A DNA stretch of 64,000 nucleotides from Selaginella moellendorffii (lineage: Eukaryota > Plantae > Lycopodiophyta): positions 250,825 through 314,824 of the forward strand of contig NW_003314292.1 in the NCBI RefSeq assembly GCF_000143415.4, written 5' to 3'. This document shows positions 33,517 to 45,429 of this stretch, one piece after another. The translations under genes and the position numbers were made by a program. The notes below the pieces were generated by a model. That model was not told where the DNA came from and did no database searches. It worked only from the letters and a program-made list of their open reading frames with translations. Each line of letters opens with the position of its first letter. Position 1 is the first letter of the stretch.

Positions 33517-34964
33517 ATGTGGAAGCTGATTCTTGTGGGATGTGGGATCTGTGGAGCTTATTTTGCCGGAAGAGTGGGAGTTTGGAAGCTCAAGGAGCAG
33601 GTTGCAAAGAACGCAGCTGGGGCTGAATCGTCACCCATGACAGTCATTGCAAAAGGTGTTTTGTGCGTGCAGGATCACATCGGACCTTGGTCGGCCGCGG
33701 ATGTTGTACTTGGTCTTGCGGCCATGGCAAAGGTAAGCTCTCTTTCTTTCGTATTGTTTACATTCTTGGAAGGAAGCTTATGGTTTGTGACAACTTGTAG
33801 ATCACCGAAAACGATCCCATGGAAATTCCTGGTCATCCAAGTGAGTTAGCGAGCGATCCCGAATTTATGGTAAGAGCACAACACTGGAGAGCAATGGCTG
33901 AAGCCGTCTACGTCGCAGACCCGGCCTCGTTCTCGCTCTTCTCGCATCTGCCCGAGTCTTCCATAGTCACAGCCGTGTGGAATCCCGAGCAGGAGTCCAT
34001 GCGGCCTGCGTTTGCTCTCTCAGTGGATCACTCGTATGGAGCACTGGTTCTCTCGGTACGTGGGACTTCTCACGTGATTGACATCCTTGTCAGTGCAGGA
34101 GCCATGCCAGCTCCGTTCGAGTCCGGGCATGCACACGGCGGATTTGCTCGGGCGACAGACGCACTCCTGGAAGAAGTGAGGCCGCACATCCGGCAAGTTT
34201 TACAGGAGGACAGCTGCCTGGAGAAGCTGGTTATAGTCGGGCACAGCATGGGAGCAGCAGTGGGGATCATGTGTGGACTGAAGCTGCGAGACGAGCACCG
34301 CAACCTCGAGTGCTGGGGCTTCTCGGTGCCGGCCAGCGTCAGCTTGGAGCTGGCCAAGGAGTGCGCCAGCTTCGCCACCTCCTTCGTCTGCTTGCACGAC
34401 GTCGTCCCCCGATTCTCCGTGGCTTCCATCGAGGACCTCCGCAAGCGAGTGTGCAACTTCGACTGGAAGAGAGCCGACGAGATCGCCAACCACGACGAGG
34501 ACTGGCAGAAGATCTCCAGGGCGGTGGACGCAATGCAGATGTTCCAGAGAGCCCAGGACAACGTGGACGATTTCGGAAGCAGGGTGTGCAGCGAGCTGAG
34601 CGGAGGTGGATCAAGCGAGCAAAAACAGGGAAGTTCTTGCGAGGAGGGAAAGTGCGAGGGTGAGAGCTCCATCGAGAAGAAGGGGCCCGTGGTTCTGTAT
34701 CCGCCAGGGAGGCTGCTGGTTCTAAGCAGCAGTCCGCCAGGGTGTGGAGTAACTCCCGGCCAGCGATCCGGCGTCGCCGAGCAGAGAAACTATGGAGCGT
34801 TTCCCACGTTCGAGCAGGCCAAGAATGTGGAGTGGACGATGCACGAGGCGTCGCCGGATGAGTTCTCGCAGATGATTCTCTCGCCGTGGGCTGTCTCGGA
34901 TCATGTGCTGGGAAACGTTTGCGAGGGGATCAATTTCTTCGTGAAGAAGAATAGGAAGAAGTAA
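33517..34964 (+). CDS. Lipase class 3 family protein (2 exons)
   Basis: N-terminal hydrophobic anchor; LVLSVRGT; AHGGF; IVGHSMG nucleophile elbow; DVVPRFS; LYPPGR; SDHVL. Confidence 0.9.
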
Positions 34965-35233
34965 GAGCGCGAATCTCAGAGCATATTCCAGGAATATTAA
35001 GTTTATAGGGTTTATAAAAGTTTGTGAGAGTATGCTAAGGTTTATTCTCTTTCCTGGAATATTAAATAGCATATTCTAAGAATATTTAACTCTCTTAGCT
35101 ATTTAAGCTTTTATTCTCTTAGCTCGCAGATCTCATCTCTGAGTCGTGAGTTTTCCGAACCTCACCCTCAGAGAGCCCGTCCTGAAGAGCTCTTCATTGA
35201 TGAAGAGCTTTGCAAGATGTTACAGGATTTCCT

Positions 35234-36290
35234 GATGTCATCTCCACCGCAGTCTCGGTCAAGTTCGGGGGCGACGCATGTCCAAGCTGCCACCGCAAGC
35301 TCGGAAGATCGACTGATGGAGTTTCTGGCCTGTTTCCTTGGAAAGGCTTCTGGGACCGAAGACCGGTGTTCATGGCACCCAAGATTTTTCTTATGCATCT
35401 CTGTTTTTTTTTGTTTTTTTTCTTTCTAGGTGCACAAGGAGGAGTCGATACGTCTTGTAAATGAATGAGGAGCTGCGAGCCGTTGTAGAGGAGCCAAGCG
35501 TCACTCCAGAGATCGCCACTACGATCAGGATACTGCTCGAAGGCAAGAACGAAGACAAAGTTCCCGGGATCCAGAAGTTATCGTCCTTGAGGACTGTAAG
35601 TGGTCCCCTTCGAGTTTACTGGCTTCTAGGTATGCGTGCGCTCTGGAAGAGATGTTCATCTTCCGGGAGAGAACACAGGAGAGCCTCCAGACGCTTACTC
35701 CTCTCACGGATTCCTTCGATCAGGTTTGGATTTCCTCGAGTGTAGCTGATGGCTTTGTCCCAGTTGATGCAGGGCGTTTTCTCCAGGCAGCAGATTCTCG
35801 TTCTTGGCCTGTTTCGAAGGGAAGTTCTTACATTGAGCTACGAGGTCGTGAAGTAAACACGCATGGCTTCCAGTTCAGATAACAGCCGAGATGGGATGGG
35901 GTGTAAGAGAAACACATCAAAGCACAATCTTCGCAATGGGGAGCTGTCTGGAATACCGAAAGCTGCAGCAGACGCCATGCGTACTTGGATCTACGACCAT
36001 TTTGACAATCCGTAAGGTTTTTTTTGTTTTATTTTATTTTAGTTCTAGAATTAATCAGGAATTTAACTTGCAGGAGACCGGGCAAGAGCCAGAGACAAGA
36101 ATTCTCGAGACAATGGAATATAACAATGAGTCAGGTTGACAATTGCTTTGCCAACGCGAGAGTGCCATTGGTATATGTGATACGAGCTTTTCAAGCTGGA
36201 ATCTGAGTTTTTTTCTTCTTCCTCATCTTTTAGGCCCACGAACTATATAGACTTGCACTTGGCGAGGCTGAACCTAACACAGTTCTTTAG
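35234..36290 (+). pseudogene. Divergent BEL1-like TALE homeobox, copy 1 (homeodomain readable, upstream frames disrupted)
   Basis: Spliced GIPKAAADAMRTWIYDHFDNP|RPGKSQRQEFSRQWNITMSQVDNCFANARVPL aligns with BEL [21 protein letters not shown]|YP...QVSNWFINARVRL, with the intron at the same position. Confidence 0.7.
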
Positions 36291-36899
36291 AATGAGTTAT
36301 TAGAAATCTTGTTTTCTTGCAGGTCCACAAAATAAAATAAAATGTGAGACCAGATTGCTATTTACCGGCGAACGAATCGATTTACACGTCCGCTTTGTAA
36401 TCCATCTTGAGCACAAGATGATCAAGCATGCAATGAAAACACGGAGACATTTATGTTATTCTGAATCCAATAAAGGTGGTAAAAGGTTAAAAGCAAATAT
36501 TTGGAAGTTTAGGGTTCTTATTCAGAATATAGCACACTGACCGCTCTTGTGCTAGTGGTGCAAGCTCTTTTACCATTGAAGAATTTTTGGAGCAACTCCT
36601 GGATTTTTGGATATACAGGTTGAACCAAAAAGCCAATAAAAACCATATTATGGATCCCTCAGCCACTTTTCCATGGGCTCCATGTGCAGAAGGTGGTATT
36701 GAAGCCAAATACCATCAAACAGTGAGTCAATCTCAAGGGTGGGTTGGGTAGTTGATAAGAGCATCCTTTTTGGACTCAAGTGCTCTGGGATTGCTGCTGA
36801 TGCCTTTCTTCCTTTTGAACTCTTGGATGAAATGGTACGCAATCATATTATGGTACAACACCGCAATATATCCACATTCTTCTTGTCCTCATTATTATT

Positions 36900-37560
36900 G
36901 GACTCATAAGATGCATATGATGGAGTTGATTTCTCTTCTAAATGAGGAGCTGTGAGATGTTGTAGGGCTGCCAAGTGTTACTCTAGAGATCGTCGCTACA
37001 ATCATGATGCTGCTCCAACCAAGGCAAGAACAATGACAAAGTTCCCATGAACCAGATATTATCATCTTTGAGGACTCAACTCCAAATTTACTGGCTTAGA
37101 GAAGATTTAAGCTCGTTAATGCAGAGGTATGTGTGCACTCTGGAAGATCTATATTCATCCACCGGGAGAGACCTCACTAGAGTCCAACTTACTCCTCTCC
37201 TGCATTCCTTCAGTCAGGTTTAGATTTCCCCTGAGTGTAGCTCTGATGGTTTTTGTGCCAGTTGAGGCTGGTGGTTTTCACCAAGCAGCAAAGTTTCATT
37301 CTTGGCCTCTTTCAAAGGGAAGTTTTCATATTGAGCTACGAGGACTTTAACTTGAAGCAAGTGTCAGGAAGAAGAATTCTCAGAGGCAATGGAATATATT
37401 ATAACAGGGAGACTGGGTTGACGATTGGTTTACGAACACCTTGCTATAGTTTCAAGCTGGAATCTGAGGGTAATGTTTTTTCATTTACGGGCTCTCGAGC
37501 TCAACAAACTTGCACTTCGCGAAGCTGATTCTAACACATGCATGGATTCAGAGGACAAGT
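36900..37560 (+). pseudogene. Divergent BEL1-like homeobox, copy 2 (internally deleted remnant)
   Basis: Shares aatgaggagctg, cttggcct-tttc-aagggaagtt and attgagctacgagg blocks with copies 1 and 3; helix-3 remnant WVDDWFTNT. Confidence 0.6.
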
Positions 37561-37824
37561 GAACCTTTTGGATGAGTGATTAGAAATCTATATAGATATC
37601 GATATGACCAAAAATTTATGTAAAAAGTAAGGTGGAAGTGGGCACTGGCCGAGGTCATTTCCCTGGTTTGTTCTCATTGCTTCATTTTCTTTCCTAGGTG
37701 TAGGTCTCGACTCAATGCAGCTCTTTCAGATCGATCTTCTTCCAGGTGAGCAAGAAAGAAAAAAAAATTCTTTTCATCTCCAGACTGCACTACATAATTG
37801 GGTTTCTTTCCACATATGAGGTCA

Positions 37825-38850
37825 TGGATCTCCTCGCCAAGTTTTCCAAACCTCCCCCTCATAATGAAGATGAAAAGATTTGCCAGATGTTTCTCCTCGT
37901 GTCTCCGCAATCTCGATTGAGTTACGCCACTGTAGGAAGTCCCCTTGCAAATGCCAAGGATCTGGAGCTCCTGAAAAGGGAGAGGTCTGTTTCCTTGGAA
38001 CTGATTCTTGAAGAACTGGAAAAAGCACAATGAAAGCTCCAACCATGCAAAAGAGACACTGGTGAGAAGATTGATGCAAGATCTTCTTCATGTTTACTAT
38101 GTTTTATCTATGGAGTTGATTCGTATTCTAGATGAAAAGCTACGAGCTGTTGTGGGGGAGCCAAGCGTCATAGTCCTTGAGGACTGTAAGTGGTCACCTT
38201 CAAATTTTTCTGGCTTGATTCAGTCGGGTTTGGATTACCTCAAGTATAGATTTGATGGTTTTTTGTGCCGGTTGAGGCAGGATGTTTTCACCCAGTAGAT
38301 TCTCATTTTTGGCCTCTTTCAAAGGGAAGTTTTTGCATTGAGCTACGAGGTCCTGAACAAGAACACATGCATGGCTTCCAGTGTACTGATTGTGTCTTGA
38401 TAAGCCACATTGATCTTCCAGATGCCTACAAGCACAGGATGGGGCATAAGAAGAGAAACACGACCCCAAAGCACACTCTATGCAATGGGGAGCTATCTGG
38501 AACAAGAGGGTGTCTCTCGAAAGCTGCAGCAGATGCCATGCATACTTGGATCCTCGACCATTTGGGCAATCCGTACGTTTTCTTCTTTATTTTCAGATTT
38601 TCATTAATCAAGAATTTAGCTGCTTGCAGTATGCTGACCAGGAGCCAGAAAGGTAAATTCTTAACGCAACATGGAACATAATAAGGAGACAGGTTGACTA
38701 TTGGTACTTGAATGCAAGAGCACAAGTATCCGCTAGCTTTTCACACTCTTGAGGTTTTTTTTAATTTGCAAGCTCACAAGCTGAATAGAGTTTCGCTTGA
38801 GGAGCTAACAAAGTTGCACCTGGCGATGCTGATTCCAACATGAGTTAGAG
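37825..38850 (+). pseudogene. Divergent BEL1-like homeobox, copy 3 (frameshifted)
   Basis: RGCLSKAAADAMHTWILDHLGNP|MLTRSQKGKFLTQ, then a 2-nt shift, then WNIIRRQVDYWYLNARAQ. Confidence 0.7.
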
Positions 38851-41172
38851 AACAAGTGTGTTGTCAAAGCCACACATAAATCTCAGTATGTTTGGATCAT
38901 CACAGTGCAAATAAACACCAGTCTATATTAGCATTACTGGATGGTTTGGACAAGCTGGTTTTTAGGCCCAACAGCGCATGAACGAACTTTGGTTTCATGT
39001 GGCTGTTTATTACATGGGAGCACTTGGGACAGTGTTTTTGGAACCGGAAAGCCAAACAAACTTCTTTTGAGGGAACTTCTATTATGGCTACACTCATGCC
39101 ATATGTTATCACCTTATCTTCTACAAGGAGATGATGATGGAAGTTGTAGAAAAATTAGCCATGAGGCCTCTCTCGCTCACTGCCACTAGCACTCTCAAAG
39201 TAGATGGAGTTTCTCATGCTCCCACCTCATTTCAATCACAGCATGCCTGATTCCTGGCTAAACTCAAGTCCATCAGACTCTTTTGATTATGAGTTGACAT
39301 CAAGAAAGCGAACCAGGTATAACACTCGAGGCAGTTTTGCTCCACCACCTTGAAATCTCAGATCCAGGATAGAACAGAACAGCTACACCACCTTCTGGCC
39401 CCTCCTCTGTGAACCAGCCAACACACCAAAATCATGGCCATGGCAGAGGAAGTAACTTGTCTAATTGTGGTCGCTATGGTTTTTATTCTACTTCCTTAGC
39501 ATGCTAACACCATATATATAAGTGCGTTGAGAGAGGCTGAGCAGAGCATTTTTCATGATATTACATTCTAGTGTTGTGCTTACATAACTACATTTTCGGT
39601 CTCATGCATCTACACAAAGACATATAGAAAACTATTTCCAACTGGCTACACAAAACGAAGTGCCCGAAGTCTCTATGTCGGAAAGTACATGCGATCTTGA
39701 TGATTGTGAGGAACTAGTAGATGAAATGGATGGATCACAAAGGCACTTAACAATCAAAATGTTATGCGAGAAGTTACACATATAGAAATGTTTATGCATT
39801 CGAAGTACTTTGAAAAAAGTATTAATTCCATTGTTTTTTAACAGTGTTCGGGCCTGAAATAGAATCGCTTTATGATAAATTATTCCGCTGCCCAACTAAA
39901 TTGGTTTCAGAAATTTATGAAAAATGACTATATTTGCTCATTTAAAATTCACAACCCTAATGCAGCCACTGTAAAAGGCATTTAGATATTAAAAAGTAGT
40001 AAATAACATTTCAATCTCAACACAATAAAACCTATATTGATGAAAGTAATTGGTTTTTAGAATGCTTATATCTCATTAGCCTGGATAAAGCAGAAAATAA
40101 TACTGTATTTATCAGTAAGAACTTCATTCATAGAGAAGTTTTACATCAATTAGAAGGGCCAAACTTCTCTCCTTTATTAGGAGATTTTGAGGTTTTATGA
40201 TCCACTTTAAGTGACAAAATCATAGCACTACTCCCACAACAAGATTATATTGAAAAGAATACATCTCATGTAAAGCACATTAATGAATGTTTTGATGCCT
40301 AACAAATGTAGTGGCATGTATGTATACAGATCTAGTCAACCTAATAACTGCCTATTCTTAAGTGAAATCCTATTACCTTCAATTTGGAACATGACTATTC
40401 AAACCAATTTTTTTTGGTTAATTAATTCCATAATTGAATTTTCCCTCATCTCCCAAGTGACCACTGCAAGGTGAAAGTGGTTTTATTAGTGTCATAAAGA
40501 CCTTTCTTATACTAATATGGTGGCCAACTCAAAAACGCGATGTATGCGATGGAAAATGGAAATGCAAGCTAGATTAAGATGGATGCTTGCATGAATTCTT
40601 GGCTAGTAGAAAATAGATATATTCAATTAGTGTGGAAGCAAAAAGCTGGTATACCTATGTGTTAACCTGTATGGTATAACCTATTTATTTTCTTTAAAAA
40701 TATCCTCACTTAAAATTGACATACTAAAGCAATTTGCACATGCCTCAAAATATATGGACGACCTGCTCATTATCAATAGACCTTAGCACGAGTTGATTTT
40801 AGGATTATAAACAGGGTCGGAAAATATAAAATAAGTTTTAAAAGAAGAGATAGTAACAACATATGTCTAATAGAAAATACACCCTGAAAAAGTATGATAA
40901 ACAAGATAAGCTTCCTTTTAACATAACAAAATACCTTCATTTAGCACCTATTTCCACCTATATGTTCACAAGTTGCCCTCATGCCATATACTTCATTTAG
41001 AGTAAAGATCGCAATCAACTCAATTAATCAGATTATAGAGGTTTTTGCCAAGAATGGCTTTCAGCAGCATTGACTTCAACATTACATACTTAAAGCACTT
41101 AGCAAGGACTAACTTTCTATACAATAGTACATTTTTCATAGAGCAAAAGGAGAAAACACTGTATCTCAGATA

Positions 41173-41226
41173 TATGGTGGGTGGTAGCACCCACCACAGT
41201 GGGTGCTACCACATGCACCCACTATA
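41173..41226. repeat. Hairpin / inverted repeat
   Basis: gtggtagcacccac-caca-gtgggtgctaccac (14-bp perfect stem, 41181-41212), extendable with a bulge. Confidence 0.8.
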
Positions 41227-41896
41227 GTGGTACCGTGAGAAAGTGGAGGTATCTTCCCAGCGAACTACACTAGGCACCATCACAATATAGAATCAGAATG
41301 AATATTCTAATATAAACTTAATTCTTTAGGGCAACCGTGAAAACCATGAATCAATTTGTTTGGGATGGCAAATCCAGCTCATTCATTCATGCTGTATCAG
41401 GTACTCGATGCTCTTACTCCCACACTGCTCACTGTTCGTGAATTATCTAAGCTTTTTGCAAGTAAATGATCTGTGAAAAGCTTAAACTTCAGGAACTGGA
41501 GGTAAGCAAACCGAAGATCATACAAGAAAGCAAAGCTTTCTTGGTATGAACAGGTAGGACAATGTCCAGGCCTTTCCAAGTCACATGATGGCAGTACATA
41601 TTCAGACGATGTTTTGTTGATATTTTGGATGATTCTTTTTGGGTGTTAGCCCCAGGGTGAGAATCACTGCCGCAGTATGGAGTGCAACCTTGCAATCCAA
41701 AAATTCACATATTTCCTGGCTCTTGGAGTCATCTCGGCTTAAAATCTTGTTTTGTGTGCGTGCAGGAAACAAAAGTTTATTATATCTCATCGGTTTCATG
41801 AGCCTTGAAACTTCAGCCAAGGGACAAGACAAGACATCAAAGGCTCTCATTCGATCGCACAAGACAGTTATTCTATCAGCTGAATTCGGCGCCGTT

Positions 41897-42252
41897 TCAG
41901 CTTATTCCATCCCGTGCTGGGATCTTCTGAAACATCTGATTTGCGCGGTCGAAATGGCCGCAGTCGAGACACCCTGGATCATCACATTTAATCAATCCAA
42001 TCGAACCTTGCTCAACGTGACGGGATTCCACTGCGGCATTTTTTAAAACAGCATAGAACAGCAGTGCCTTGTCATAATGCCCGGTTTGGGTAAGTGCTGC
42101 AAGCGTGATGTTGAGTAAATGTTGGGGTTCTCGATCTGCTGGAACGCAGCTGCTACCTCGCATAAGCTCCCGAGCCGTGCATACATTTGGATGACGAGAA
42201 TTGCGAGAGATGTGCTCCAGCTCGAGCTGCTCCCATTGATCTGGGCGTGCAA
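41897..42252 (-). pseudogene. PPR gene fragment
   Basis: LVIQMYARLGSLCEVAAAFQQIENPNIYS, then a frameshift, then NITLAALTQTGHYDKALLFY...GHFDRANQMFQKIPARDGIS*. Confidence 0.75.
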
Positions 42253-43052
42253 GTCGCCGGGGAGTTCACTCAGTCATTCATGAAATGTATAGTGAAAAAC
42301 TAAATTTAAAAATATTCTTTTTAATTTACTTGAGGGTTAGAGCTTTGCTCAACTACCTTTAACATAAGTATAAATCAATAATACTTTACCCTTGGATTCA
42401 GCTTGATTGGTGCTTGTAATGCTGAACTTGTAATGCTAAACTTGTAATGCTGGTCTTGTAATGCTGGTAGTGTCCAAGTACAACACGTAACAAGTTTCAG
42501 ATAGTGAAGACTGACTGGGATTGCCATGACCACTACAAAGTCAAGGTGGTCTTGCCAAAAGCTGGACAAATTGCAGTAATATGGTGAGACGCTGCATTAC
42601 GTTTCTCACCGGAACTAGTTGGACAATTCAAGCAACAAAATTCTCACAGCCATACAGTGCATATCGAATATCGCAATATTATTTAAAGTCCATGTATAAT
42701 CAACACGTTTTTCCAGTTCTAGCAAGTCAAATAAGCTTTGACACTCTATTACCTTTTCTCTCTCCCAGTGAAGATCATCGCTTTAATGGCTCTGCAGCGA
42801 ACGAACTTTCCACAAAAAAAAGCTTCTAGGGTCTCTGCTCACAAGAACAGAAAGTATACTCACTGCTTTAAATCAAAAGGAGGTTTAACATTCAAGTTCA
42901 AAGCTCATTGTGGAGCTTGAAGTTGTCATTCAACATTTGGGGTGGTTACAGCGAATAAACTGAAATTGAAAACGAAAACTACCAATGCTGCAAACACTTG
43001 CACAGCAAATTATTGTCAATCCTTTTATTTGGAAGATGTCCAAAGCCTAGCT

Positions 43053-43457
43053 TCAGTTCTCCACAGCGTTGGGATTTCCAGAGTCCCTGCAATTCGCACA
43101 ATAATTCAGTGTGGCCTCGCAATTGCCCCCATCGAATGCATGGCTTCCGCAGAGTCGACAAGGCTGGTTGTCATACACATGGAGAAACTGCTGCTTGAGA
43201 ACTGCCCCACTCACGGATGGATAGTTGCCATCGCACCTGAAAATTGCGGTGCAATGGCCAGAAACACGAGAAGTGAAGCCATTGTAGATTGTTCCGTCGG
43301 TGTAGCGAGAGATTGCTCGTCGGCAATCGGCCTGGTTGACGCGAGATCCACAGAGTCCAGAGCCATTGCAGTTGTCGTTCTTGGCACAGCTGGAGGAGCC
43401 AAGAAAGATCACAAGAAGAATAGCAAGAAGAGAGAAGAGCTTGAGAGAAGACTCCAT
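43053..43457 (-). CDS. Secreted cysteine-rich KP4 killer-toxin-like protein, copy 1
   Basis: Signal peptide, then NCNGSGLC...CRLCGS...EATLNYC, compared with KP4 NCRGSSQC...CRVCGS...QLTVNY; 10 Cys in the mature part; TATA box (ctatataaa on - strand) at ~43532-43540. Confidence 0.75.
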   Translation of the reverse strand: MESSLKLFSLLAILLVIFLGSSSCAKNDNCNGSGLCGSRVNQADCRRAISRYTDGTIYNGFTSRVSGHCTAIFRCDGNYPSVSGAVLKQQFLHVYDNQPCRLCGSHAFDGGNCEATLNYCANCRDSGNPNAVEN

Positions 43458-44696
43458 TCGACTATGTTAGAAAGAATGCTGTAATGAGGAGCTGAAGTAT
43501 GAAGAATGATTTTGCCAATGGAATGGTCTGGTTTATATAGGGGTATTTTGAAGACTGCGTCATACAGAGTTTACACGATCTCCTGATTTTTAAAGTATTT
43601 TCTAATGCAAGAATTTGTTTACAATTAGAACATGCTAGTTGAATAGACTCGCACCAGCATGGCACATTCGATTGTCCCCCCATTCCTGTATCAGGTACTT
43701 CGATTTTCTTACTTCCACACTGTTCGCTGTCCGTGAATTTTCGGAGTACACAATAAGCTGTCTACAGGCTCTTGAATTCCACCGATTTAAGGCTGAGCCA
43801 TCCTTTGCATTTAACAAGTTACGGGATTCATCTACAGATGATAATTTTGTTGTTTTTCTCGGCTGGTTCTTCTCCGGGTGCCAAAACGTGACCGCAGTAC
43901 TATGGAGTGCTCGAAGAAAACCTGGCAAATCCAAAAGCAATTTTAAGTACTTCACATCGCTTGGAATCTACAATCCCGCTTAAATCTTGTTAAATCTCAT
44001 CAGAATTTTACCAAGAAACAAGACAAGGCAAGCTTCATCGATCGCTCGCATAAACAGTTCGATAAGAAAAAGAAAGAAATCAAGAAACTCAAATAAGACT
44101 GTTTCCTCTAGCCTTTCTCGTTGTAATCTATCAGCTGAATTCGTGCCATGCGCCACCAGGTGGAGTTTTGGTGACAAGGACACAAAGAGCTATACGTGCT
44201 TCACTTCAGGCTGGAAGAACGCTCGAACTTGTCGTGGGTGTTCCTAGGAATACGTTTGTGAGTGTTTAGTAGAGCGTTTAGGGAGGATACCGGTAACGCT
44301 CGACAGTGTGTTTGGCCGAGACTAACCAATCGTCAAATCTCTCTCCTCTCTCTGTGTTTTCGTTTGCGCACAATTTTTTGCTCAAAAAATGTTATAACAA
44401 ATATGGATTCAGCTTCATTGGTGCGCCTGTATGGAGCATGTCAAACTTGTAATGCTGGTAGTTTCCAAGTACAACACGTAACAAGTTTCAGTTGACTACC
44501 AAGTCAAGGTGGTCTTGCCAAAAAGCTGGGCAAATTGCAGCAGTTAAATTATAATATGGTGAGACGCTGCATTACGTTTCTCACCGGAACTAGTTGGACA
44601 ATTCAAGCAACCGGGAGTCAAGTAAAACAGAAGTCAAAGTTTAATTGACTAGCTAGAACTTGAAAAAAGTGTTGTATGCACGGACTTGGAGCCACC

Positions 44697-44759
44697 TACG
44701 CCCGATCATTCCAGATAATGCTTGCATCCTCTGTATTACCGCGGCTGCTGGCACAGAGT
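44697..44759 (-). other. Nuclear insert of a plastid 16S rRNA fragment (NUPT, 63 bp)
   Basis: Reverse strand reads actctgtgccagcagccgcggtaatacagaggatgcaagcattatctggaatgatcgggcgta: the 515F region with the plastid/cyanobacterial-type ACAGAGGATGCAAGC. Confidence 0.9.
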
Positions 44760-45024
44760 GTCGATTGCGATATTTGATAAGTGAAGATCATCGCTCTAAT
44801 GGCTGTGCAGCGACGGTCTCCGCTCACGAAACAGAAAGTATACTCACTGCTTCAAATCAAAAGAAGTTTATCAATCAAGTTCAAAGCTCATTGTGGAGCT
44901 TGAAGTTGTCATTCAGCATTTGGGGGGTTACAGCGAATAAAAAGCAAACACTAACAACACTGCAAACACTTGCACAACAAATTATTGTCAATCCTTTTAT
45001 TTGAAACATGTCCAAAGCCTAGCT

Positions 45025-45429
45025 TCAGTTCTCCACAGCGTTGGGATTTCCAGAGTCCCTGCAATTCGCACAATAATTCAGTGTGGCCTCGCAATTGCCC
45101 CCGTCGAATGCATGGCTTCCGCAGAGTCGGCAAGGCTGGTTGTCATACACATGGAGAAACTGCTGCTTGAGAACTGCCCCACTCACGGATGGATAGTTGC
45201 CATCGCACCTGAAAATTGCGGTGCAATGGCCAGAAACACGAGAAGTGAAGCCATTGTAGATTGTTCCGTCGGTGTAGCGAGAGATTGCTCGCCGGCAATC
45301 GGCCTGGTTGACGCGAGATCCACAGAGTCCAGAGCCATTGCAGTTGTCGTTCTTGGCGCAGCTGGAGGAGCCAAGAAAGAGCACAAGAAGAATAGCAAGA
45401 AGAGAAAAGAGCTTGAGAGAAGACTCCAT
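45025..45429 (-). CDS. Secreted cysteine-rich KP4 killer-toxin-like protein, copy 2
   Basis: Same protein as copy 1 except an I->L change in the signal peptide; TATA box retained. Confidence 0.75.
   Translation of the reverse strand: MESSLKLFSLLAILLVLFLGSSSCAKNDNCNGSGLCGSRVNQADCRRAISRYTDGTIYNGFTSRVSGHCTAIFRCDGNYPSVSGAVLKQQFLHVYDNQPCRLCGSHAFDGGNCEATLNYCANCRDSGNPNAVEN

Noticed and set aside
44697-44759. Functional rRNA gene
   Set aside because: Only 63 bp, mutated, with no flanking rRNA sequence.
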